Assembly: GCA_028534125.1 (NCBI GenBank)
Contig: CM052817.1
Span: forward strand, 5,334,001 to 5,398,000
Direction: 5' to 3'
DNA length: 64,000 nucleotides
Origin: Lama glama
Lineage: Eukaryota
Positions within the stretch are counted from its first letter, which is position 1. The number at the start of each line of letters is the position of its first letter. The position numbers and the translations under genes are program-made. The notes under the pieces are model-generated. The model did not search any database and was not told the origin of the DNA. It was given only the letters and a program-made list of their open reading frames with translations. Shown here in pieces: positions 38,601 to 52,059 of the stretch.

Positions 38601-41600
38601 GCAAAAATGCTACATAAATTTAACATAATTTGTTATTCTAGAAAAAGCCTTTCATTTCAGCGTAAGAATCTGAAGAGCGGTAAAGCATGTCCGTTAGGTT
38701 CCTGTCGGTCAGCTTGTTTCAGAGCTTTGTATTATTTCATTCCAGTTTTGCTGTGAAGGAGTGTTATAAATATTTTAAATAGCTCTCTCTAACCAGAATT
38801 AATAATAACAGATTTAAGTAGAAAATGCCGTTTCATTTTACCATTATTACTGCATCATAAGATAACTCTCTGTAAATGATATGCTTTCGCAGATATCTTG
38901 GCCTGGCTCACCAAGCCTAATTTCAGTATTGTGCCTGACTTAGCGGTGAGCTGCTGGGATCAGCTACAGGGGATCGGATTGGGCAGGCTTTACTTTCTGT
39001 GTCAGTGAGGTATTGCCGTTTCTCCCACCCCTGAGTTACAAAAGCACAGTCTTCATATTGTTTTTCAGTTTTAATGTTTAATAACTATCTTGGGGAAAGG
39101 GAAAGTGGGAAGTTTTTCAGCATAGATGATGATGAAAGAATTCTACTATGTGAATTACTTTCATCTTTTAAAACTTTGATTTGATCGTCCCTTTTTCTCT
39201 GTATAGTGCTTGGATCTTCTCATCTGTTTCACAGATAATGAGTTTGGTTCTATTAGGGAGAAAGGAGTGCATCGTTAGTGTTTGCAGCATTAATTCTATG
39301 AACTTTTAAGTTACTCATTTGGGAATGAAGACACTCATTAGTCCCTAGTGGTCTGAAATGGGAAATGCATCTCCTGAAAATTCCGTTAGCACTTTCTGTA
39401 AACTTAACATTTGATTAAAAGTAAAAATGTCAGCAGTTTTCGATAGGCTGATTGGCTTGTGTCCTTTGAGCTACAGTTGAAGTCACTTATATTCTTACTG
39501 AAAATAGATAAACTACATATAAAACCTTGGGAACTAGATTAACACCTGTGTTTCAAGCCGCTTAGGAAATGGAGGAAAATTCTGTAAATGCTTGTATAAA
39601 TGCTAAGTAGATTGAGAAAAACCTGTCAGAAGTTTTCTTTTTGCCATTTCTTTGTTAGCTTTATCATGCTTAATTTTTGTGAAAATAGTGTGTTTGTTAC
39701 TGTGGTCACACCGTGATTTAGCTTTGGCTTATGTATGATATTTTATTGTCCCTGTCCTGGAAAATTATAGCAGTTTTTATGAGGAGTGGTTTGTGGGTTC
39801 ACACAACCCACTTGGAGTGCCATTTACTATAATTCTCCTCTAAAAGGACCATAAAACATCATGTAAATTGTTTAAAAAGGGAAAGGCCTTTTTTGAAAAA
39901 GGCTGAGAAGAAATCTTTCCAGACTTTCTTTTGTTTCTTTTACTTAGTTTCACAATTTTAAGCTCTATTTAAAGCATTAATGTTAAGAAATAAGTGCACA
40001 AGTATGTGAGTAAAGATGGTTGTGAGCTAGAGGTTGGCGGAAACCGGGTGTTGATGCAGAATAATTTGTATCAAATTCATTGCAATATTTTAAAATGTGT
40101 TTTCTGTGACTTTGGAAATGAAATTAAGGAAGAAAGGAAGAGAGAGAAGGAGGAAGCAATAAGGGAAGGAAGGAATGATGGAATTAATTCATAATATGTC
40201 TGTCTTTTTAAAAAAAACCCTTAGTTTGTTCTCTTACGGAGTTGTTGTGTAGTTGTTGTGTGTCTGTAGTTGACATTAAGGCACAGTTTTTGGTAACCAG
40301 TCTTGTGAAACGCATATTTAAATTCACAAGTAAATTCATCTAGAGAAACTTCCCTTCTCGGCGGTTTTACCATTTCAGTTGGCTTGAGGCACTCAGTTTA
40401 CATACAGCCTTACGAAGAAAGCATAAAACAGCACAGTAACAAGGCCAAATTTCTGTCATGGCTTTGTGTACAAATGCCTTATTCCGATATTATCTTGGTT
40501 TTGTGTCTGAGCTCTATGGAGAGCAAGGAAGGAAATTGTTAATAATTTTCTACAGCATTTACGTGGTACTCTGAGCTTCTAGTCACTTAGTACAGATATA
40601 TCTTCTGTTTAGGAAATTTTAATAAGACAGTCCATACATACGTAAAATATAAAATAAAGCCAGCTGTTCATTTTGCATAAAGATGTAACAAATATAATAG
40701 ATTTAATTTTAAAAACCACTTCTTAGTACTTGTGAGATTATTATAGCTGGAACAACATTCACAGGAACTCTTGTAAATGAAATGATAGCTGCATTCATAA
40801 AAATAGTGATATAAACATTTGTCTCTGCAAAATTTTGTCTTCTGTTCAAATTAGTGTGTTTTAAAAAAGCACCAGATTATCTGTGTGATTTAGAAACTCC
40901 TTGGTTTTGTGACAGGAGGAGGTTATAAGTAAATTATATTTATGTGTCTTGTGGAGAGGATCAGTAAAGTTGCTAAATTTTCTCAAAAATGGCTGTAAAT
41001 CTTTGTCTAAGTATAAATACTTCTATTTGCATGTGTAATTTCATAAAGAATACCAGCTTAGGTTCTATTATGTGACTGTAAACTCCCCTTCTCCACCTGT
41101 GTTAACACATACACACATATATACACGTAAAACCAGCTTCCTAAAATATCAAAACTTTCTGGAATTATGTCTTACTCTGTACTTTCTTTTTCTATTATTT
41201 TTTGCTGTTGAGGTGTTTCTGTACTATCAGGATCACAGCCAACCAGAGTGAATCTGGGGACTAGAAAATGAAGGAGATTTAAAAAGAAACAGAGTCTAAT
41301 ATGACGTTGTGAAAGGTGGGAAGGAGGTGAAGCCTGTCCTGATGGGCCTGGAGCCTCGCTGCCGCTGGTACAGAACCGCCCTTGGCCTTACAGCTCTTCA
41401 CGGGGCTCTTTTGATGGAGTTGGGAGCCTGTTTGACCAAGTCTTTAGTCCGAGAATTTACTTTCTGTGGTTATGTGTACTAGGCAAAGAAGACTTTTTGT
41501 GGCATTTTAACTAAAGGTATTGGTTATACCACAGATTTTCATAATTAAAAATTTTGTGTCTAGTTCTACTGACTAAATTGTTTTAACATGAGATGTTTGG

Positions 41601-44600
41601 AAACAGGAGAGACAGGACACTGAAGGGACCAAATACTGAATTCTCCGAGTTAGATATTATTTTCCACTGTGAATTTATAACATGTTGCTGTATAATGACA
41701 TTATTATTATAAGTGATATGGAATACTATGTTTCAGGACTTTCTTTTTTTAGATTAGGAAATAATTTTTCATTTTTTGTGTTTGCACAGACAACATACTT
41801 CCTAGTCATTTACAGTTATTAAATAAAAATGCATAGGATTTGAGTCAAGTATGTGTTATCATGTTTTATAAATTATTCAGTTGCAAGGAATCTAAACTTA
41901 CTTTGTTTACAACTTTTGTGCAAAATGTTGATATTTCCTTCTTTCTGTTTTTCACCTGAGTCAGAAAATATTTTTTCATGGACTTTAGATGGCACTGAAT
42001 CATTTGTTATTAGATAGCTAAATTTTTTTCTTGCATGAAAATCTTCATCAGTATGACCGGTTCCTGTCGGAGAAGGGGCACAATTTTTCAGTTTTTTCCC
42101 CCAAAACTGCAACTTCAGAAAATATGTAAGAGATGTAGCAATTAACCTACATGCACATTTATAATACTAGAAAATGGGCGGCTAGTTACATTCAAAGACA
42201 GGATCTGATAGGCCCAAATTGCTTAAAACATCACAGTTATTGAAGATATACCCCAGGGAATTTGAGAAAGCATTTAACAGATGAAAGTACATTTTGAAAA
42301 GTCTGACCTTACAGGCAATCATAAAATGAATCAAAACAGTGCTTTTTCCCCCTGAAATGTACAGAGCCCATCTGTGTCTAATCCAGTAATTATAGACTGT
42401 GTTCAATTACCTTTTCAAACTTGGAGCAGACTGGAGACTAGGCAGTGAACAAACATAGGGTTTTGTCTAGACCTCAATTGACCACAGTCTAAAACTTGAA
42501 TTTCTATCTAATTTTATTTTTTGTTTGGGTTGATAGTTCTTAAGGATTCATTTTTGCTACTTGGTGTTTTACCTTTTTAGATTTGAGATACTGCCTTTTC
42601 TCGTCACAAAAGTGTTTGTGTCACTGATAGCTTATGCTGTAATCATATGTTTGTTTTCTGAATACTGTTGTCTGCAGATCAATAATTTGTGCTGGAGAAA
42701 AGACTGCATGGAGTAGGGGAGGGAATTATGCCCGTGAGTAGTAGTTTTTAAAAGTAGCCTTTAAAATGTTGCTGCTGACTATAACTCTTTTTTATGTGCC
42801 AGGAAAAAATAATTTATTTTCCACTTAAACTTAGAAAACTATAGTTAAGGTAATTGTTAGTTGCTTTGTACACTTAAGATGTTTTTTAAAATATGTGTAA
42901 ACCGCTAAAACAAATCTATCTTTCTTTTATCAAATATATCTTACAGTTGTTTTTCTCTTTACACATTTTTATTACATTTGCTCATCAGGCTGATATCTGC
43001 TGTAAGTACAGTGTATAGTATTCAAAATCCACTTGAAACCATTTCTCTTTAAGTCAGTTTATGACTTGATGAATCTTTGTGTGAGAATTAACCACGAATC
43101 TCCACAGCCAGTTCAAAATATTTAAATTTTATACAGGAATCTTGGCAATTCAGGTTTTCCTTAAAACACAAAACAAACAAAAGATGACCACAGTTTTTAG
43201 AATGCTTAAGCAATAGGCAAAGCTCTTTCCCCCATTATTTAGTATTCAAGTCCTTCACATTCCATTTAGCATTGAAAACCAGCATTTTGAGGTATTTATT
43301 GGATGTAATCATTGCATATTGGACCATGAATTTTTCTAGAAACTTTACAGCCATCCCCAGTAGGCTGTACTACTCTTTTTTTTTTTTTTTTAAGTTGTGT
43401 TCATTTAGTTGTTACCATTCTAGGGAAGTTTTCAAGATTTTGTCATGGGGGGAGAAATAGTTTTATTTGGTTGCATGAATGAACTTTGAGAATTATATGG
43501 GGAAAATGAAACTTAAAGAGAATTGCAAATACCTTATGCTTATTGTTTCCAAGAGACATTTGCTCAAGAACACTAGGACAGTATATCTTTACCTCCCTCC
43601 TGTCCCCATGCTTCTGAGCATCTTCACAGAGAAGGTGAAAGACTTGTCTAAGGAGGAACTTGAGAGACCCTTTGGATCCTGTCTCATTCACTCCCTTCTC
43701 TAACCCATTTAAAATGTTCTTGTTCCTATCTCCACTCAGTTTCAGAGACCAACACCCCCTCCTAGTTCCTGCTTTCATTATGTGATGTTTGGGCCACTGA
43801 GGCTACCTCCTTCATGGCACTTAACATGGCATGGATTTTTATATTTGTTTGTTAACCTGTTTAATGCCACTCCCACTGGACTGCAAGCTCCTTCACATCA
43901 AAGGCTGGATGTGTGTTATGTTCTCCTGTTGTATCCCAGCATCAGACACAACGCCTGGCTTGTGGCAGGGGCTAGCTCCTTGTTGACTGAATGATGGATG
44001 AATGCACTGTCTGCCTTTCATCCCGTTCTCCCTGACTTAGTCACCATGTCCCTGCTCTTTCCCAGATCATCCAAGCCCCTCTTAACCCAGGGCTAGTCTT
44101 TCTCTCCTTTTCTTTTTGTGCCATTTCATCATATAATCCTTACTTCCCTCACCAAGTGACTCCAGCCATGCTGGTGCCCTGCCTTGAATACCCTCCACCG
44201 TTTTCCCCTCAGCCAGCCAGTTACTCTTCTTTTTAAAAAGTGACCCACTCCTCAGAAGCATTATTGCTCCTAGCTTCTCTTATGTAGTTGTGCTTGCCTG
44301 GTACTTGCACTTGGTTGAACACAGCCTTGGAGAAGTTATATTTTTATGGTTGAGGACATTGCTTTATGATCTGTTGATGCAGACCTTCTGGACTGTGTTA
44401 TGGGACTCACATGAGGTCCAAGTATGTGAATAACAGCTAGTATTTCTTTAAAGCATTCCAGTTTGCCAGTCATTTTCACTTGATTCTCACAATCCTTTTA
44501 GGAAGGCCTCTGCGTTTTAGCAAGAAGAATAAGAGACATGAACTTCAGGGAACCCAAGTCGACTTCACTGAGTCACAAACCCCAAAGTGACAGGACAGAA

Positions 44601-44982
44601 ATTCAGATCGGGGTTTTGTCACTCTAAACCCTATATTCTTTCTGGTACATTTTATTTATAAGTTTCATTTTTATATACAATCTGGACACAGAAAATTGTA
44701 TTGGTTTGTTCATTGGTTGCAGTGATGCAGCCCATTGTTATGTCTGTTGCATCATTTACAGAACTCACTGCAGCTGTTGACTGTTTGTCTTCCATACTTT
44801 TGCTTCTTAAGGGCACTGACAACAACATACTCGATTTTCAGTCCACAGTGTGTGGTCATGGTAGAAATGCAAAAAAAATGTATGTTGAATGAATATAGTG
44901 AGTCAAGTGAAAGAAAAGAAATGCAATCAAAGATAAATTAATGAATATAGAGAATATCTAAAATATTGGGCTAATGTAAAGA

Positions 44983-45220
44983 CAGTACAGTGTGGTGGTT
45001 AAGACAAGAGAGGCTAGAATCCAGTCTGCCAGGTTTCAAACCCCAGCTCTGGCACTTTCTAGCTATGTGACCCAGGCAAGTTACTTTACCTCTGTGCATC
45101 AGTTTTCTCATCTGTGAAACGGGGATTATTATAGTACCTGCTTCGTAGGGTTGTTAATATAGATATACTAAGAGTAGTGTCTGGCTCATAGTAATGCTCA
45201 ACAAATATTAGCTTTTATTA
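44983..45220 (+). mobile_element. MIR SINE, near full length
   Basis: cagtacagtgtggtggttaaga...gtgacccaggcaagttactttacctctgtgcatcagttttctcatctgtgaaacgggg...aaatattagc. Confidence 0.88.
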
Positions 45221-48156
45221 AATAGACTGCATAGGGCCACTTAGCCATAAAGATAGACATTCATAAATAAATATAAACATCCCTGATAATATATAACAAT
45301 AAAAACACTAAGGAGTTGTTGCAGTAATATAGGTGGCTAAAGCTATGTGAGGTCAGCACAAGACTGCTTCGTGGAGGAGGTGACTACTGAACATTGAGTA
45401 CAGAAGAATGTTCACTCAGCAAAACATGTGCAGCACTGCCTGTGCAATCGGCCTTGTGGGTGTATATGATGTCTGTATATTCCACAGGTCAAGTTTAGAG
45501 AAGCATGGTGCTACCAGATGCCCCTTTAGTGAGGAGCTAAGGACAGTTTCTTAGACGTGCCCTCAGAGAGTAAAGGATACAGCTCAGAATATTCCTGAAT
45601 CCCGAGGAGGAGATAATTCTGATTAAATAATTGGCTAAGTATCCTGCAGCCCAGAAATGACCAGAGGTTTGACCATGTGAATTGCTTATCATGTAGAGAA
45701 TAGTTTTCACTGAAGAGTTAGTTGAGAAGCCAGGTCGGAGGTGCTTAAGATGAGATAAATGGATGTCTTAAAAAAAAATCAGGATGAAGTGGAGCATCCC
45801 TTCAGGGTCCTTAGCAGTGAAAGACAGGAGTGAGAGATCTTTAAAAGGTAATGGAAAGCACATCCAAATAATATTGACGCTCTCTCTTTTTGCCGTAACC
45901 AAATAACTGAGAGAAATAACTTTATTTTCATTTCTCACCTGAAATGTTTTCAAATGAGAACAGTGATAGAATGAATTTTGTTCACAACGTCTCTGTTTTC
46001 CATTGAAGCTGCACTGTCTGTTGCTGTGCTGAACAAATTGATTGCTTAACTTGTGGTAATATTTATGCAACTGCTTTCCCCATCTGTAGTGAAAAGATTG
46101 AGAAACATTTCTTTGATTTGTATATCTGCAAGTCTCCCTGATTTTACAGAGTAGCCTTGCAGAAATGACCACTGAAAAAACAGTTATTGAACACTTTCAG
46201 AGTGCTGCTTTTGATACAGTGACGTCATAACATACAAGTCCTGGCCTCGTGGATTTTGAAGTGTGAGGGCTGATCATCATATCTCCTTTAGACTGGATTC
46301 TCTCCCTCAGTGGAAGCTGGACTCTCACAGTTCTCCGTCCAGTATTGACTTACGTATTTGCATGGTTTTCTCCTCGGTCCTCAGTGTCTATATCACACCC
46401 CTGTCCTCAGGTTGAAATGAAAAAAAAATCATGTCATTTATAAAAGCAGTGATTGAACATCAGTCTTTTATAGGAAAAGATAGAAGTTTATGGTTGTCTA
46501 ATCACAACCAATTAGCATGTTACTACTACATCAGCAAAGAGCCATCCCAGACCTCTGGCTCTGCAGTGAAGACGTGGGGGTCCTGGGGTACTTTTTCCCA
46601 TCAAACTATTAAGAATCTTGTTGGTTATTTTTTTTTGTTGAGTGTCTATTTAAAATATAGAAATGTGACTTTTTTTTGCTAACATTGGGATTTTGGAGAT
46701 TTACAAGGTGCCACATTTAAGTAATCTACTGGTGGACTTTGAAAATATTACTATTCCTGTGTGTTGCTGGTGAACGTAGTCCGAAAACCAATTCTATCAC
46801 AGTAAGATTCAGGAACAGAGCAGAGAGGTCCTGATTCCCATGAAGCTGACTGAGATGGCTGTGCAGGCTGAACCACCCCCCACCACACTTTACTGCTTCA
46901 AGCCTTTCTCTCAGGCCTTCCTTTGTGATTGGCTCCTGGCTCTATAAAGGGCCCTTAGTCTGGGACAGAGTTATAATCAAGTGTTTGAGCCAGCTCTGTG
47001 GGGGTCACAGGTGGATGGGAAACCCTGAGGGCTCTGGCCTGCCTAAGGCAAAGCTGGGGTTTGGGATCTAGGCTCCTGCTGATCTCCACTCTCAAGGTAT
47101 AGGTGCTTCTCAATTAACATAGAATATCATTTCTTGGATTTGCTATGGGAGGACCAGGGAAAGATTTCCTGTCTTAGTCTTTTGGGAAAATTGAAACATT
47201 TTTTTTAAACTTAGACTGCTTCCTTCGTTAAATTTTGAATTGAATTTGTTCATGTCTGTTTGATGTGTATATTATCATATTCCTGGATTTTATTCTTGAA
47301 CCCAGTTGGAAAGTTTCAAAGCAAACATTTGGTTTTCTGTTAGCCCACAAATTGGGCAATGGTTGTTCAATTATGGTCTTCCGTTGACTTAGACAGAGTC
47401 ACATGTTAAAAGTATATTTTGCTGGGAGCCCACAAAGCATACCAACTGTCAGTCCTTTGTCATGTCTGACTGTGGGCAGTGATATTATAGTAATAGTAAT
47501 ATTCTAAAACCTCATTTGTGAATTACTTAAATGTGTCATCTAGAAATTCACTTTAAAATACATCAGTGACAAAACAGCCATGCATAGGTAACATGTCCTC
47601 TGCCTGCCCACTTACCTAAAAACCATAATGGTCTCCCAGTGGACTCAGGTGCTTCCTAGAATACCTAACTCACAAATGTGCCTCAAATGCAGAAAAGCAA
47701 ATCCAGTTCAATATTATGAAGGAATATTGATTTCCTCACTATTTGCTGTATGTAGCTTATTATTCAGTATTCAATGGTTGTGGTGGATGCCTGTGTTTCA
47801 GTCGCAGACCACCTTCTGTCAACAACAGCTCCTTTCTCCTTTTGGGAACTGACACCGCCTCTGACTTCAATCTGGTAGTTTCAGCAGAAACTGCTGTGTT
47901 CCCATGTAACATCCTCCACCCTCCAGGTCACACACCAAAGACAGGTATCAGACTCAAATCAGGACAATAAGAATCCTTCCCTAAGATTTTTTAAAAATTG
48001 GAATTTGAGAAGAGTCATTCTTTGTCCAGAGGCCTGGATTTTAACAAATAAAAAGAGCTCTTGGTTGCCATGTTCCCCCTGCTGAGCTGCACTGAGAAAA
48101 TTAAAGCTAAAATGCAGAGAAAAAAGGAATCAGAACTCAAGGAAGCTCTAGAGGAA

Positions 48157-48620
48157 TTTTTTTTTGATTAAAAATTTTATTTTTAATTGAAGGATATTTT
48201 ACTTACAATATTAGTTCAGGTATACAACATAGTGACTTGATATTTTTATACATGACACACCATACAAAGTTTTTACATTATTGGCTAGACTCCTCTGTTA
48301 TGCATTACATCCCCGTGACTTATTTATTTTATAACTGATAGATTGTACCTCTTAATCCCCTTCACCTATTTCACCCCTCCCCCGACCTTTCTCCCCTCTG
48401 GCAACTACTAGTTTGTTCTATGTATCTGTGAGTCTATTTCTGTTTTGCTGTATTTGTTTGTTTTGTTTTTTAGATTCCACATGTAAGTGAAAACATGTAG
48501 TATTTGTTTTTCTTTGTCTGACTTACTTCACTTAACGTGATAATCTCTAGATCCAACCATGTTGCTGCAAATGGCATTATTTCACTCCTTTTGTGGCTGA
48601 GTAATATTCCTTATATGTAT
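48157..48620 (-). mobile_element. L1 3' end (left arm of inverted pair)
   Basis: Poly-T then antisense L1 3' UTR and ORF2 end (tagattccacatgtaagtga...gttgctgcaaatggcattatttc). Confidence 0.88.
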
Positions 48621-48634
48621 GTATATGCGTATGT

Positions 48635-49110
48635 GTGTATATACACACAATGGAATACTACTCAGCCATAAAAAGGAGTGAAATAATGCCATTTGCAGCA
48701 ACATGGTTGGATCTAGAGATTATCATATTAAGTGAAGTAAGTCAGACAGAGAAAGACATATCATATGGTGTCACTTACGTGTGGAATCTAAAAAAAAATG
48801 ACACAGATGTACATATTTACAAACCAGAAGCAGATTCACAGACACAGAAAACAAACTTATGATTACCAAAGGGGAAAGAGGGGGTAGGAATAAATTAGGA
48901 GTTTGGGATTTGCAGATGCTAACAACTATATTTAAAATAGATAAACAACAAGGTCCTACTGTTAGCACAGGGAACTATATACAGTAGCTTGTAATAACCG
49001 ATAATGAAAAAGAATATATATCTATATATCTATATCTGTGTCTGAATCACTATGCTGTGCAGAAACTAACATAACATTGTGAATCAACTATATACTTCAA
49101 TCAAAATAAA
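48635..49110 (+). mobile_element. L1 3' end (right arm of inverted pair; different 3' UTR type)
   Basis: ORF HTMEYYSAIKRSEIMPFAATWLDLEIIILSEVSQTEK is the L1 ORF2 C-terminus. 3' UTR gataaacaacaaggtcctactg...aatcaactatatacttcaa. Confidence 0.9.
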
Positions 49111-49401
49111 TTTGTGGGATGCAGCAAAAGTAGTTCTAAGAGAGAACTTGATAACAATACAGGCCTACTTCAGGAAACAAGAAAAGTCTCAAATAAACCA
49201 CCTAACTTGGCTCCTAAAGGAACTAGAAAAAGAAGAACAAAGCAAGTGTCAAGTCAGTAGAAGAAAGGAAATAATAAAGATCAGAGTGGCAATAAATGAA
49301 ACAGAGACCAAAACAAACAAACAGTAGAAAAAGATTAGTGAAACTATGAGCCGCTTTTTTGAAAAGATAAATCAAAGTGATAAACCTTTAGCTAAACTCA
49401 C
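49111..49401 (+). mobile_element. L1 ORF2 internal fragment (post-endonuclease region)
   Basis: LWDAAKVVLRE...IQAYFRKQEKSQINHLT..LKELEKEEQ...SRRKEIIKIR is characteristic of L1 ORF2. Confidence 0.9.
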
Positions 49402-49479
49402 AGGAGAGTTTTAAATACCCACTTCCAATTGTTTCAGAGGTCCAGCTGAATCTTTGCCCTTCCATGTTTGATGTTAAAC

Positions 49480-49710
49480 CAGTGGGTTTCAGCCGGGGGC
49501 AGTTTTGCCTCTAGGGGATATTTGGTGATGTCTGGAGACATTGTTTGGTCTTCACTGCTAGGACGCTGCTACCGGTGTCTAGAGGGCAGAGGCCAGGGAA
49601 GCTGCTTAACCTCCTACTCTGTGCAGGGCAGCTCTGGCTCCCAAAGTAATTCCCCACAGCAAAGAGTTATCTGACTCAAAACGTCAGTAGGGCTTAGGTT
49701 GCTAACACTG
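49480..49710 (+). mobile_element. MER20-like hAT MITE
   Basis: cagtgggtttcagccgggggcagttttgcc...gatgtctggagacatt...gaggccagggaagctgct...aacactg. Confidence 0.85.
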
Positions 49711-50594
49711 AATTTTAACCCCTCTTTCAAATATGTTGGATGATCTTAGTGTCCATTCAATACCCTCCCCACCCTTTTTCTTTGAGCACTAGTTAGATAG
49801 TTTCTGTTCAAAAGAACCTTAACTAATCTAGGTGTATACATGAGCTAGTTGTGTTTGGTTATTGGTATGCATTTCAGTCCCAGATTTAAGATTTTTCGGT
49901 ACATAACTGATGTAACGTACGGATATCCTGTCACTCAGGTTTAAAGGCACCTGCCACACGGGTTCAAGTGGACACTTGTAGCCTGTCTTGGGTACCTAGG
50001 CAACATATGTTCTAATCTTGAAAACTTTTGAAGTAAAACCTATTCATAAATTGCTACTAGGATTGCATCAAAATTATGCTGTCCTCCCTAAGAGTTCTTT
50101 CAAGATTTACATTCAGCTCATACATAAGAGATGAAATACCATTTTTAGGAATAACTATGTAGAACAAAACACTGTCTTATAATGGCTTTGACCAAGCATT
50201 GCTGGCACAAGGAACTGCCAGCATCTGTGTTAACATGGGCTGGGCGAACAGAATTCCTCTCTGAAACCATCAGAAAGCACAGTTCCTGTGATTCATCCTC
50301 AGATTCATACACATGAGTTTCTCAATGAAAAATTGATAGAAAAGAACATTAGTGATGACAATAAGAATTTGAGATGTTGAGCGTGGTCCTGCAGTTAATC
50401 TCCTAGATTAAGAATCAGATTTAATATTTCCTACATTTTACATCAAATCTTTTTTTTTTCTTTTGGTAACTTTCTTTGCCTAATGTTTTTTAAAAACGAT
50501 GACTGGGAATTCTCTCTCAGTTTCATTCCCACTGGCCTCCACCATTGTTGTGGTTAAATTACAGTTGAACTATGGAGCATTTTGTGAGGCTGAG

Positions 50595-50667
50595 TTTCTT
50601 TCTCTCTCCCTCCCTCCTTCCTTCCCTCCCCCCTCCTTCTTCTCTCTCTCTCTCTCTCTCTCTCTCT
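50595..50667. repeat. Pure polypyrimidine / (CT)n tract, 73 nt
   Basis: Direct inspection. Confidence 0.9.
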
Positions 50668-50744
50668 GTCCCTCTGTCCCTCCCCACCACCACTCTCCTT
50701 GGCACACAGTTGACACATTGGCACTCATTGTATGTTTGTTCAAA

Positions 50745-51240
50745 GAATGATGAATAAGTGATCTTATCCAGTCCCACAGCTCTGTTTGAATTCCAGTAAC
50801 TCCTAATTCCTATTTGCAGCTCAGACTTCTCTTTCAAACTCGCCACCAGCCTACCTACCTGACCTCTGTACTCGGAGGTTCTGTAGAAACTTGGTCTCCT
50901 TGCTGTTTGTCACACATGCTAGGTCTGCTCCTGTCTTAGGGCCTTTGTGCTTGTTCCCTACTTGGAATGCTTTCCCCAGATACTGTCAAGATAACTCTTA
51001 CCTCACCTCCTTCAGACATATCCTTTTATGTCATCTTCTCAGTGAGGCCATCCTGACCATTCTATTTAAAATTATAATTCACCTCCTCCCCACACTCTAC
51101 CTAGATTTCCCCTCCCTTACTCTGCTTTTCCTTTTTTTCCCATAGCACTTATCACCATCTAATCATACTTTATTAACAGACTTACTGTTTATTATTATAC
51201 ATATTATTTTTAACATTTGTTATATTTATTGTTTATTTGT
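50745..51240 (+). mobile_element. L2 fragment
   Basis: ttctcagtgaggccatcctgaccattctatttaaaatt...ccatagcacttatcaccatcta. Confidence 0.75.
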
Positions 51241-52059
51241 CAAGAATCCGGCTAGTTGTAAGCAGAGCCAGGATCATTCAAAGTGGGGTCTTTTGACTCC
51301 CAAGTTTAATTTAGTTTTTGTTACAAACCATCTCCTTCTTACTGATTTTAGTATTTGGGGGTCTGTTACCTCTGGTCTCCAGAAGTGCTGGGCTTAGCCT
51401 TTGCTACAAAATAATAAATTTCATCTGTATAATTAAATAATTAAAATGATGTTTCTTTCTGTTTCTGAGTGCAATACCAACCCCCCCCCCCCGGCTTTTC
51501 ACCAGATTTGGAGGTTCTGTTTGGAATGATCTAAAGTGAGACGTAGGCCACATAGCACAGATGAGAGACAAGAAGGGGCAATCGAGAGACAGCCTATTTT
51601 CTTCCAGAGCTGCTAAAGTGGGGAGTGGAGAGGCCCACATGACGAACTATTAAGACACTGTGACCAGACAAAATACAAAAACAATGACCGTGGTTTGGGA
51701 GATGAGCCCCAAGCTGAAGTCCTAGAAGTAGGTGCTTTTCACCTGGGCATTTCTGCATCTTATGCTCTAGAGGAAGTGTCAGCCGTGATCCACTTATTTA
51801 ATGAGAAGCCATAATTCTCCTGGGCAGTCACAGGAGACCAGCCAGTATTTAAATTAAAAAACACCCTAGATTTGGACTTAAAATACCTTTTACATCTCTA
51901 TTAGGATGGCCAAAGTCATTTGTTCAGTGGTCAGCTGTCTGGCACAGTGGCTGGTGGGTGACACGTGCACAGGAAGTGTGACATGCATACTTTCCAGGCT
52001 GGTGCATAAGGTGCTAGGAGAGCCAGGGTGTATCTTTCTAGTTAGTACCTTTTTTCCCC

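Noticed and set aside
45768..46172. 134-aa minus-strand ORF
   Set aside because: No true ATG start, no recognisable homology, no exon structure.
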